Source: Ranitomeya imitator
Taxonomy: Eukaryota
NCBI RefSeq assembly: GCF_032444005.1
Contig: NC_091287.1
Span: forward strand, 82,026,001 to 82,090,000
Length of the DNA: 64,000 bases
Direction: 5' to 3'
Positions 1 through 11,187 of this stretch are shown here, in pieces. Each line of letters begins with the position of its first letter. The first letter of the stretch is position 1. The position numbers and the translations under genes were made by a program. The notes below the pieces were generated by a model. That model was not told where the DNA came from and did no database searches. It was given only the letters and a program-made list of their open reading frames with translations.

Positions 1-949
1 TCTGTGCCAGTCCTGAGCGTGCCATCTCTCTCACAAATAGTGGGCCATAGAAAGCCTATTTAATTTTTTTTTTGGTTTTATAAATTCTCCCTGAAAAAAA
101 GGGAGATTAATATTGGCCTCTGGGCTTGTGTGCCAGTTGTGAGCGTGCCATCTGTGCCAGTCCTGAGCGTGCCATCTCTCTCACAAATAGTGGGCCATAG
201 AAAGCCTATTTAAATATTTTTTTGGTTTTATAAATTCTCCCAGAAAAAAAGGGAGAGTAATATTGGCCTCTGGGCTTCTGTGCCAGTCCTGAGCGTGCCA
301 TCTGTGCCAGTCCTGAGCGTCCCATCTCTCTCACAAATAGTGGGCCATAGAAAGCCTATTTTTTTTTTTTTTGGGGTTTTAGAAATTCTCCCTGAAAAAA
401 AAAGGGAGATTAATATTGCCCTTTGGGCTTGTGTGCCAGTACTAAGCGTGCCATCTCTCTCTCTCTCTCAGTCAGTGGGCCATAGAACGCCTATTTTTGG
501 TTTTATTTGTTTTCTAAATTCTCCCTGAAAAAATCATTTTATTTTATTTGGTTTCTAAATTCTTCCTGATAAAATCATATTTTTTTTATTATTTTTTTTT
601 CTAAAGTCTCCCTGAAAAAAACAAAACAAAAAAAAAACAAACAAAAAAAAACAGTGGGGGATTAATATTGGCCTTTCTGCTTGTGTGCCAGTCTTGACTC
701 CTGTGTGCGTCATCTCTCACTCAGTGGGCCATAGAACGCCTATTTTTTGTTTTATTAGTTTTATAAATTCTCCCTGAAAAAATCATTTTATTTTATTTGG
801 TTTCTAAATTCTTCCTGATAAAATCATATTTTTTTTATTATTTTTTTTTCTAAAGTCTCCCTGAAAAAAAAAAAAAAAAACAAACAAAAAAAACAGTGGG
901 AGATTAATATTGGCCTTTCTGCTTGTGTGCCAGTCTTGACTCCTGGGTG

Positions 950-988
<39 letters not shown>

Positions 989-1852
989 ATTGTGGTCCAT
1001 AGAAAGCCTATATTTTTTTTCCTTGATTTGGGTTCCAAAATCTACCAGAGAAAATAACTACATCAATCATTGGTAGAAAAATATTGGCCTCTGGGCTTGT
1101 GTGCCACTCCTGACTCCTGTGTGCGTCATCTCTCAGTCAGTGGGCCATAGAACGCCTATTTTTGTTTTTATTTGTTTTATAAATTCTCCCTGAAAAAATA
1201 ATTTTATTTTATTTGGTTTCTAAATTCTTCCTGATAAAATCATATTTTTTTTATTATTTTTTTTTCTAAAGTCTCCCTGAAAAAAACAAAACAAAAAAAA
1301 AAACAAACAAAAAAAACAGTGGGGGATTAATATTGGCCTTTCTGCTTGTGTGCCAGTCTTGACTCCTGTGTGCGTCATCTCTCACTCAGTGGGCCATAGA
1401 ACGCCTATTTTTTGTTTTATTAGTTTTATAAATTCTCCCTGAAAAAATCATTTTATTTTATTTGGTTTCTAAATTCTTCCTGATAAAATCATATTTTTTT
1501 TATTATTTTTTTTTCTAAAGTCTCCCTGAAAAAAAAAAAAAAAAAAAAAAAAAACAGTGGGAGATTAATATTGGCCTTTCTGCTTGTGTGCCAGTCTTGA
1601 CTCCTGTGTGCGTCATCTCTCAGTCAGTGGGCCATAGAACGCCTATTTTTGGTTTTATTTGTTTTCTAAATTCTCCCTGAAAAAATCATTTTATTTTATT
1701 TGGTTTCTAAATTCTTCCTGATAAAATCATATTTTTTTTATTATTTTTTTTTCTAAAGTCTCCCTGAAAAAAAAAAAAAAAAACAAACAAAAAAAACAGT
1801 GGGAGATTAATATTGGCCTTTCTGCTTGTGTGCCAGTCTTGACTCCTGGGTG

Positions 1853-1883
<31 letters not shown>

Positions 1884-2250
1884 CAATTGTGGTCCATAGA
1901 AAGCCTATATTTTTTTTCCTTGATTTGGGTTCCAAAATCTACCAGAGAAAATAACTACATCAATCATTGGTAGAAAAATATTGGCCTCTGGGCTTGTGTG
2001 CCACTCCTGACTCCTGTGTGCGTCATCTCTCAGTCAGTGGGCCATAGAACGCCTATTTTTGTTTTTATTTGTTTTATAAATTCTCCCTGAAAAAATAATT
2101 TTATTTTATTTGGTTTCTAAATTCTTTCTGATAAAATCATATTTTTTTTATTATTTTTTTTTCTAAAGTCTCCCTGAAAAAAAAAAAAAAAAAAAAATGG
2201 GAGATTAATATTGGCCTTTCTGCTTGTGTGCCAGTCTTGACTCCTGGGTG

Positions 2251-2283
<33 letters not shown>

Positions 2284-2600
2284 CAATTGTGGTCCATAGA
2301 AAGCCTAAATTTTTTTTTTCCTTGATTTGGGTTCCAAAATCTACCAGAGAAAATAACTCCATCAATCATTGGTAGAAAAATATTGGCCTCTGGGCTTGTG
2401 TGCCACTCCTGATTCCTGTGTGCGTCATCTCTCACTCAGTGGCCCATAGAAAGCATATAGTTTGTTACATTTGTTTTCTAAATTCTCCCTGCAAAAATCT
2501 ATTTTTTTTTTTTTTTTGGGTTTCTAAAGTGTTCCTGAAAAAAATAAAAATAAAAAAAAAATAATAGTGTGACATTAATATTAACATTTGTGCTTCAGTG
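1..2600. repeat. Degenerate tandem array in the hAT 5' subterminal region (~150-240 bp units with higher-order structure)
   Basis: Recurrent TGTGCCAGTC...CATCTCTC...GTGGGCCATAGAA...AATTCTCCCTGAAAAAA...TAATATTGGCC units. The variant block AAAATCTACCAGAGAAAATAACT recurs near 1040, 1935 and 2338. Confidence 0.9.
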
Positions 2601-2789
2601 ACAGTCCTGCGTGTGGGGCATCTCTCTAATTTGCAGCCACCAAAAACAGAGTGTGTAACATTGGGCCTGATTTTCGCTGTGGTCTCACCAACCTGTAAAG
2701 GGGTAGCTAAATCATACTGAAGTTATAGCTCACCGTGTAAGTTGTGTGACTGCAACAAATAACGTTAGTTTGGTTACGTTTTTAAAACA

Positions 2790-5700
2790 ATGAGGAAGTC
2801 TAGTGGAAGAGGTCGTGGCCGGGGGCGTTCATTGTCAGCTGGTAATGAGGGTAGTGGTAGTGGTGGAGCATCAGGTGGTCGTGGGGAAAAAAATATTGCA
2901 CCTAAGTCTGGAGCTGTGGAGCCAGGTTCGTCGTCCGGCTACACAAGGCCTCGAACGCTCCCTTTTCTGGGATTAGGAAAACCGCTTTTAAAGCCGGAGC
3001 AGCAAGAGCAAGTTTTGGCTTATCTTGCTGACTCAGCCTCTAGCTCTTTTGCCTCCTCTCGTGAAACTGGTAAAAGTAAAAGCAGCGCGTCGTTAGTGGA
3101 TGTTCACGGTCAGGGACAAGTCACTTCCTTGTCCTCTTCAGCAAAAACAACAACAGAGAAGAATGCAGCAGGCGACACAACGGGTTACTCCATGGAGCTC
3201 TTTACACATACCGTCCCTGGCTTAGAAAGTGAAGCAGTTAACAGTCCATGCCCATTACAAGTTGAATCTGACATGGAGTGCACTGACGCACAGCCACAGC
3301 CAGACTACTATGCTGGTCCTTTGACTCAGACCACAACATTGCCCTCGCAGGGTGCTGATCAAGAATCAGACCCTGATGAGACTATGTTGCCCCATCACGA
3401 ACGCTATACCACCGAACGACACGGTGACACAGACGAAGTTGCGCAGGAGGTACAAGAAGAGTTATTAGATGACCCATTTCTTGACCCCGATTGGCAGCCA
3501 TTGGGGGAACAGGGTGCAGGCGGCAGCAGTTCTGAAGCAGAGGAGGAGGAGGGGCCGCAGCAGGCATCAACATCGCCACAGGTTCCATCTGCCGGGCCCG
3601 TATCTTGCCCAAAACGCGTGGCAAAGCCAAAACCTGGTGGAGGACAGCGTGGCCATCCGGTTAAAGCTCAGTCTGCAATGCCTGAAAAGGTATCCGATGC
3701 TAGAAAGAGTGCAGTCTGGCATTTTTTTAAACAACATCCAATTGATCAGCGCAAAGTCATCTGTCAAAAATGTTCTACTTCCTTAAGCAGAGGTCAGAAT
3801 CTGAAAAGTCTCAATACTAGTTGCATGCATAGACATTTAACCACCATGCATTTGAAAGCTTGGACTAACTACCAAACGTCCCTTAAGGTTGTTGCACCCT
3901 CGGCCAATGAAGCTAGTCATCAACGCAACATCCCTTCCGGCAGTGTAGGACCACCATTTAGCGCACCACCTGCTGTATCTGTGCAGGTATCTTTGCCAGG
4001 CCAAAGCAGTCAGGGTCAGGGAATCACCAGTTTCGTAGTAGGAAACACTGCATCTAGGGCACCGGCGGCAACAATACCATCTCCCACCGTCTCTCAGTCT
4101 GCCATGTCCACCGGCACCCCCGCTAGTTCCACGATCTCCAGCTCTCCAGTCCAGCTCACCCTACATGAGACTATGGTTAGAAAAAGGAAATACTTAGCCT
4201 CGCATCCGCGTACACAGGGTTTGAACGCCCACATAGCTAGACTAATCTCGTTAGAGATGATGCCCTACCGGTTAGTTGAAAGCGAAGCTTTCAAAGACCT
4301 GATGGACTACGCTGTACCACGCTACGAGCTACCCAGTCGACACTTTTTTTCCAGAAAAGCCATCCCAGCCCTCCACCAGCATGTTAAAGAGCGCATCGTC
4401 CATGCACTCAGGCAATCTGTGAGCACAAAGGTGCACCTGACAACAGATGCATGGACCAGTAGGCATGGCCAGGGACGTTACGTGTCCATCACGGCACACT
4501 GGGTAAATGTGGTGGATTCGGGGTCCACAGGGGACAGCAAGTTTGGGACAGTTCTGCCTAGCCAACGGTCTAGTAAACAGTTGGCTGTAGCCGTTCGCAC
4601 CCCCTCCTCCTCCTCCTCGTCCTCCTGCAGAAGCAAGAGCTCGTCCACAGACCGCAGTCGCACAAAAACTCCATCCGCACCTGCCACTGTTGCACACCAG
4701 GTCTCCCATTATGGGGCAGCTACTGGCAAACGTCAGCAGGCTGTATTGGCTATGAAGTGTTTGGGCGACAATAGACACACCGCGGAAGTTCTGTCCGAGT
4801 TCTTGCAGCAAGAAACGCAGTCGTGGCTGGGCACTGTAGATCTTGAGGCAGGCAAGGTAGTGAGTGATAACGGAAGGAATTTCATGGCTGCCATCTCCCT
4901 TTCCCAACTGAAACACATTCCTTGCCTGGCTCACACATTAAACCTGGTGGTGCAGTGCTTCCTGAAAAGTTATCCGGGGTTATCCGACCTGCTCCTCAAA
5001 GTGCGTGGACTTTGCGCACATATCCGCCGTTCGCCTGTACACTCCAGCCGTATGCAGACCTATCAGCGTTCTTTGAACCTTCCCCAGCATCGCCTAATCA
5101 TAGACGTTGCAACAAGGTGGAACTCAACACTGCACATGCTTCAGAGACTGTGCGAACAGAGGCGGGCTGTTATGTTTTTGTGGGAGGATACACATACACG
5201 GGCAGGCAGTAGGATGGCAGACATGGAGTTGTCAGGTGTGCAGTGGTCGAAGATTCAAGACATGTGTCAAGTCCTTCAGTGTTTTGAGGAATGCACACGG
5301 CTGGTTAGTGCAGACAACGCCATAATAAGCATGAGCATCCCCCTAATGCGTCTGCTGATGCAAAGTTTGACGCACATAAAGGATCAGGCGTCTGCACCAG
5401 AGGAAGAGGAAAGCCTTGATGACAGTCAGCGATTGTCTGGTCAGGGCAGTGTACATGACGAGGTACCGGGCGAAGAGGAGGTGGAGGATGAGGAGGATGA
5501 TGGGGATGAGTATATTTTTAATGAGGAAGCTTTCCCGGGGGCACGGGAAATTGGTGGCGTGGCAAGGCCGGGTTCTGGTTTTTTGAGGGACACAAGTGAC
5601 GTAGATTTGCCTGCAACTGCCCCTCAAACAAGCACAACCGCAGATTTGACAACGGGAACTTTGGCCCACATGGCGGATTATGCCTTGCGTATCCTCAAAA

Positions 5701-6362
5701 GGGACACACGCATTACAAAAATGATGAACGATGACGATTACTGGTTGGCCTGCCTCCTTGATCCTCGCTATAAAGGCAAATTGCAAAATATTATGCCACA
5801 TGAGAACTTGGAACTAATATTAGCAACAAAACAATCAACTCTTGTTGACCGTTTGCTTCTGGCATTCCCTGCACACAGCGCCCGTGATCGTTCTCACACG
5901 AGCTCCAGGGGCCAGCAGACCAGAGGTGTTAGAGGGGCAGAAATTAGAAGTGGCGTTGGCCAGAGGGGTTTTCTGACCAGGTTGTGGAGTGATTTTTCTA
6001 TGACCGCAGACAGGACAGGTACTGCAGCATCAATTCAAAGTGACAGGAGACAACATTTGTCCAGTATGGTTACAAACTATTTTTCATCCCTTATCGACGT
6101 TCTCCCTCAACCGTCATTCCCATTTGATTACTGGGCATCCAAATTAGACACCTGGCCAGAATTGGCAGAATATGCATTGCAGGAGCTTGCTTGCCCGGCA
6201 GCTAGTGTCCTATCAGAAAGAGTATTCAGTGCTGCAGGTTCAATACTAACAGAAAAAAGGACTCGTCTGGCTACCCAAAATGTAGATGATCTAACCTTCA
6301 TTAAAATGAACCACAACTGGATTTCAAAATCTTTTGCCCCACCCTGCCCGGCTGACACCTAG
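2790..6362 (+). CDS. hAT-superfamily transposase, 1190 aa (ZBED-like)
   Basis: Uninterrupted ORF with a BED zinc finger (SAVWHFF..C..C...H....H), catalytic motifs TTDAWTS, VSDNG and SERVFS, CxxH (IPCLAH), RWNS, and a C-terminal hAT dimerization domain (DYWASK..WPELA). Confidence 0.95.
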   Translation: MRKSSGRGRGRGRSLSAGNEGSGSGGASGGRGEKNIAPKSGAVEPGSSSGYTRPRTLPFLGLGKPLLKPEQQEQVLAYLADSASSSFASSRETGKSKSSASLVDVHGQGQVTSLSSSAKTTTEKNAAGDTTGYSMELFTHTVPGLESEAVNSPCPLQVESDMECTDAQPQPDYYAGPLTQTTTLPSQGADQESDPDETMLPHHERYTTERHGDTDEVAQEVQEELLDDPFLDPDWQPLGEQGAGGSSSEAEEEEGPQQASTSPQVPSAGPVSCPKRVAKPKPGGGQRGHPVKAQSAMPEKVSDARKSAVWHFFKQHPIDQRKVICQKCSTSLSRGQNLKSLNTSCMHRHLTTMHLKAWTNYQTSLKVVAPSANEASHQRNIPSGSVGPPFSAPPAVSVQVSLPGQSSQGQGITSFVVGNTASRAPAATIPSPTVSQSAMSTGTPASSTISSSPVQLTLHETMVRKRKYLASHPRTQGLNAHIARLISLEMMPYRLVESEAFKDLMDYAVPRYELPSRHFFSRKAIPALHQHVKERIVHALRQSVSTKVHLTTDAWTSRHGQGRYVSITAHWVNVVDSGSTGDSKFGTVLPSQRSSKQLAVAVRTPSSSSSSSCRSKSSSTDRSRTKTPSAPATVAHQVSHYGAATGKRQQAVLAMKCLGDNRHTAEVLSEFLQQETQSWLGTVDLEAGKVVSDNGRNFMAAISLSQLKHIPCLAHTLNLVVQCFLKSYPGLSDLLLKVRGLCAHIRRSPVHSSRMQTYQRSLNLPQHRLIIDVATRWNSTLHMLQRLCEQRRAVMFLWEDTHTRAGSRMADMELSGVQWSKIQDMCQVLQCFEECTRLVSADNAIISMSIPLMRLLMQSLTHIKDQASAPEEEESLDDSQRLSGQGSVHDEVPGEEEVEDEEDDGDEYIFNEEAFPGAREIGGVARPGSGFLRDTSDVDLPATAPQTSTTADLTTGTLAHMADYALRILKRDTRITKMMNDDDYWLACLLDPRYKGKLQNIMPHENLELILATKQSTLVDRLLLAFPAHSARDRSHTSSRGQQTRGVRGAEIRSGVGQRGFLTRLWSDFSMTADRTGTAASIQSDRRQHLSSMVTNYFSSLIDVLPQPSFPFDYWASKLDTWPELAEYALQELACPAASVLSERVFSAAGSILTEKRTRLATQNVDDLTFIKMNHNWISKSFAPPCPADT

Positions 6363-6819
6363 CTTTCCTATGAAAAGGTCTTGCCTGTGGACTATTCTGA
6401 ATGACTTTTCCAATCTCGTAATTTTCTTCACCTGATTGTCCAGCATACGACATGTTTCCACCTCACGAAATGGCCAAACTCCCCACACGGGGCCGTGGTA
6501 TCGCCACTTTGCGCTTGGACCCTTGAGAGTGCTGTTTGTCTGAAGAGGTGGGTGTGGCCGCTTTTGGTCGACGGCACTGCCACTGGGTCCCTCATAGTAC
6601 AATAAAGTGTCTCTGGCGGTGGTGGTGCGCACCCAACGTCAGACACACCGTTGTAATATGAGGGGCCCTGTGCCTGTACCGCCGGCCACAAGACAGTTCC
6701 CCCCCCAGCTCAAACAGTGCTCTACCACTAGCAAAATTATCTCTCACAGCTTCACCAATGTGTAGTCTAGGCGCTGACATCCTTCAATGCCTGGCACTGA
6801 CAATACCATTGTTTTGACA

Positions 6820-7650
6820 TTTTTGTTATGTTAGGCCTTCGAAGCCTGTCTGCGGTCCCTTCTTTCTACAACTACTACACTGACCAGGCCACTGCTGGCC
6901 GTGTTACCCTGGAACCAATTTAAAAGTGCCTACAGTCAGCCCAATTTTGTTATGTTAGGCCTTCGAAGCCTGTCTGCCGTCACTCCTTCCACTAGACTTC
7001 CACTGACCATACACTGCTGCCCATGTACCCCTGGAACCAATTTAAAAGTGCCTACAGCCAGCCCAATTTTGTTATGTTAGGCCTTCGAAGCCTGTCTGCG
7101 GTCACTCCTTCCACTAGACTTCCACTGACCAGACCACTGCTGCCCGTGTACCCCTGGAACCAATTTAAAAGTGCCTACAGCCAGCCCAAGTTTGTTATGT
7201 TAGGCCTTCGAAGCCTGTCTGCCGTCACTCCTTCCACTAGACTTCCACTGACCATACACTGCTGCCCATGTACCCCTGGAACAAATTTAAAAGTGCCTAC
7301 AGCCAGCCCAAGTTTGTTATGTTAGGCCTTCGAAGCCTGTCTGCGTCCCGTTCTTTCAACTACAACTACACTGACCAGGCCACTGATGGCCGTGTTCCCC
7401 TGAAACCAATTTTAACTTGCCTACAGCCAGCCCTATGTTATTATGTTAGGCCTTCGAAGCCTGTCTGCGTCCCGTTCTTTCAACTACAACTACACTGACC
7501 AGGCCACTGATGGCCGTGTTCCCCTGGAACCAATTTTAACTTGCCTACAGCCAGCCCAATGTTAGGCCTTTGATGCCTGTCTGCCGTCACTCCTTCCACT
7601 AGGCCTCCACTGACCTGTCTATTGCTGCCCGTGTACCCCTTGAACCAACA
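6820..7650. repeat. ~120-bp tandem repeat in the hAT 3' region
   Basis: Repeated TTGTTATGTTAGGCCTTCGAAGCCTGTCTGC...CCTGGAACCAATTT units. Confidence 0.88.
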
Positions 7651-8592
7651 TCATTAAATATAAAAACAATTAATTTGATTATAAAAAATAAGATCGTGTT
7701 GAGATCTCAAATGCAGACATTTTAACAATAAAAACAAACACACAACAAAAATCTGGAACTGTTCTAAAAAGGTCCAACAGCTACAATTACTTTCTCCTGC
7801 AAGAAGTTAACTGAAAGTTTTTTGGAGTTGTTAACACAGATATGGCATCCACCGAGTGTTGTCCTGTCGCGTCTCCTTTAAATTATTTCCAATAAGATGT
7901 TAAACTATTAATTTAATAAAATCAATAATTAAAAAAATAATTGAGTAAGTCAAAAGCACATTGCAAATAAACATTAATTACAAATCAAGAAGCATGGCGC
8001 GTCCGAGGGTGAGTAGATACCTAATAAGAATATAATCACCCTCGGACGCGCAATGCTTATTTCCAACATCCTTCCTTCCTAAGAATCAGCCCTTCCGTGG
8101 TGTAGAGAGAAGTTGTGTTACACTCCAAGGTGTTCCCCAGGTTGCCTTTCCTGAGCTTCGATCTTCCGGCTCTCGTTTAGTAGCTGTTGGAAACTACGCT
8201 GCATTAGGCCTACTAATTGTGTATGGGTGAAACAGTGGCGCATCTGCGGTCCCTCCTTCCACTAGGCCTCCACTGACCTGTCTACTGCGGCCCGTGTACC
8301 CCTTGAACCAACCTAATAAAATATTTAAAAAATTAATTTGATTATAAAAAATAAGATCGTGTTGAGATCTCAAATGCAGACATTTTAACAATAAAAACAA
8401 ACACACAACAAATATCTGGAACTGTACTACAAAGGTCCAACAGCTACAATTTCTTTCTCCTGCAAGAAGTTAACTGAAAGTTTTTTGGAGTTGTTAACAC
8501 AGATATGGCATCCACCGAGTGTTGTCCTGTCGCGTCTCCTTTAAATTATTTCCAATAAGATGTTAAACTATTAATTTAATAAAATCAATAAT
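7590..8592. repeat. ~340-bp direct duplication (7590-7929 and 8255-8592)
   Basis: Near-identical blocks running from TCCTTCCACTAGGCCTCC to AATAAAATCAATAAT. Confidence 0.85.
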
Positions 8593-9310
8593 CGTGGTGT
8601 AGAGAGAGGTTGTGTTACACTCCAAGGTGTTCCCCGGGTTGCCTTTCATGAGCTTCGATCTTCCGGCTCTCGTTTAGTAGTTGGTGGAAACTACGCTGCA
8701 TTAGGCCTACAAATTTGGTATGGGGTGTAGAGACAGGTTGTGTTACACTCCAAGGTTTTCACCAGGTTGCCTTTCCTGAGCTTCGATCTTCATGCTCTCG
8801 TTTAGTAGTTGTAGAAAAGTACGCTGCATTAGGCCTACAAAATGGGTATGGGGTGGAGAGAGATGGTGTGTTACACTCCAAGGTGTTCCCCAGGTTTCCT
8901 TGCCATTGCTTCGGTCTTCCGACTCTCGTTTAGTAGTTGTAGAAAAGTACACTGCATTAGGCCTAAAAAATGGGTATGGGGTGGAGAGAGATGGTGTGTT
9001 ACACTCCAAGGTGTTCCCCAGGTTGCCTTTCCTGAGCTTCGATCTTCATGCTCTCGTTTAGTAGGTGTCGGAAAGTAGGCTGCATTAGGCCTACAAATTG
9101 GGTATGGGGTGGAGAGAGATGGTGTGTTACACTCCAAGGTGTTCCCCAGGTTTCCTTGCCATTGCTTCGGTCTTCCGACTCTCGTTTAGTAGTTGTAGAA
9201 AAGTACACAGCATTAGGCCTACAAAATGGGTATGGGGTGGAGAGAGATGGTGTGTTACACTCCAAGGTGTTCCCCAGGTTGCCTTTCCTGAGCTTCTATC
9301 TTCAGGCTCT
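8593..9310. repeat. 128-bp tandem repeat (related unit also at ~8095-8225)
   Basis: GTGTTACACTCCAAGG recurs with a 128-nt period, with two alternating variants. Confidence 0.9.
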
Positions 9311-11187
9311 CATTAAATTGTGGTTAAATGGAACAACTGCATTTGGCGTACTAGTTGGTTTGGGGCCTACTATCGGTGTCTGCCACTCCTTGCTGTTCTC
9401 CTGGTTTCCTGTCCTGAAATTCCATTTTCAGCCTCTCGTTAAGTAGTTGTTAATGTTAGACTGCATTTGGCCTACTAGTTGGGTTGGGGCCTACTATCGG
9501 TGTCTGCCACTCCTTGCTGTTCTCCTCCACTGAACAAAGCTGTGCCGCCTGTTTACTACGGTTGCCAATTTTGAACTGCATTTCGACTACTTACTGATTT
9601 GGCCCTACTCTCTGTGTCAGCCTCTCATTCCAGTTGTCCTCCACTGCAATGCCCCCTGGTTATTCCTGTGTTACCAATTTTGAACTGCATTTAGCCCACT
9701 TTCTTCTTTGGGCCTATATCTGTGTTGCCACTTCATCATGCCCATTGCCCAGCCAGTGATAGATGAGTCTGCTGGTACATTGACTCATAACGCAACATTC
9801 CCCGTGCACGCTACACAACAACATTGTGACCCTGCTGAAAATCAGGTTGCTCTTCCCGCATACCATACCACCTTACACGGGGACAAAGAGGAAGGTGCAG
9901 ATGAAAGTGCAGGTTCCTTCATCAGGTGGGGGGAGGAATACTAGTTGGCGACGTCACTGGCACAGGGCCTCTCATAGTACGCAAAAGTGTTGCTGCCGGT
10001 GGGAGGCGCCCCCGCCGTGCAAACACACCGCTGTACTTTGAGGGGCCCTGTGCCAGTGCCAATGCCAACGAGTGGGCCCCCCCTGCTTGCTCAGGTTCAC
10101 AGCACTTGCAAAGTTGAAATACTTACCTCTCCCTGCTCCACTGCCGTGACGTGGTCCAGATTTCCTGGGCCCACTAATTACTTGAACCAGCCCTACCCCC
10201 CACAACTTTAGCCAAATGACCCCCAATTTCAAATGCCTTCCAATTATTATAAGGTAAATTACGCTTGACAAGCTTCATTAAGAAGAATGGATGGTTTTGA
10301 CATTAAAATGGGCACTCTAGGTGTTTTCCTGGCCCCCACTCACTGCCGACTATGCTGCCCCATTGACTTGCATTGGGTTTCGTGTTTCGGTCGATCCCGA
10401 CTTTACGTCATAATCGGCCTATTTCACTCGACCCGACTTTGGACATAGTCGGGTTTCGCAAAACCCGGCTCGACTCTAAAAAGGTCAAGGTCGCTCAACT
10501 CTAGTAATAACCAGTTAATCACTAGTGGTTCGGCCACTGGGACGCACACAAATCTGCAGAATGAGGCACTTTATCCTGGTGTGACAGAGTCACTGCACAG
10601 TATGTGAAGGGAGATACGTGTCACTGTGCATACTGCGGTCAGTGATGCAAAACCAGAGTGTTTTTGCCTCAAGCACGCTAAGTGCTGAGAGGGTTAATAG
10701 GAACCAACGTTATGGGCTTCTTTAATGTGTAAATAGGTGATAACTTGTTTTAACTGTTTTAACTTGACAGCCTCTGTAACCTTAAGGCCATGTTCACACA
10801 ATGCGTTTTTTACTGCGGAACCGCAGCGGTTTTGCCGCTGCGGTTCCGCAGCTGTTTTCCATGCAGGGTACATTACAATGTAACCCTATGGAAAACAGGA
10901 ACCGCTGTGCACATGATCCTGAATTTCCCTTAAAAAGCCGCGCAGAATAGGTGCGGGAAAAAAGAAGGAGCATGTCACTTCTTTTTCCTAAACCGCAGCG
11001 GTTCTGCACCCATAGACCTCCATTGTGAGGTCAAAACCGCAGTAAAACCCGCAGATCAAAAATATATCTGCGGGTTTTACTGCGGTTTGATGTGCAGAAC
11101 CGCTGCAGCAGGAAGTGCGGGGAAGCGGGAGGAAGTCCGTGGGTGGAAGTGCGTGGGCGGAGTGTCGTTCCCGAAGAGACTGTCATC

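Larger units (their letters stand above)
1..10503 (+). mobile_element. Large autonomous hAT DNA transposon (left end lies outside the window)
   Basis: Contains an intact hAT transposase. The right end ...GTCGCTCAACTCTA (reverse complement TAGAGTTGAGCGAC, a hAT-type TIR) ends at 10503, preceded by CGA-rich subterminal motifs. Tandem arrays lie on both sides of the ORF. Confidence 0.82.

Noticed and set aside
8593-9310. Regularly spaced repeats resembling CRISPR arrays (also 13030-13900 and 33891-35280)
   Set aside because: No unique spacers, eukaryotic context and no cas genes; these are satellites.
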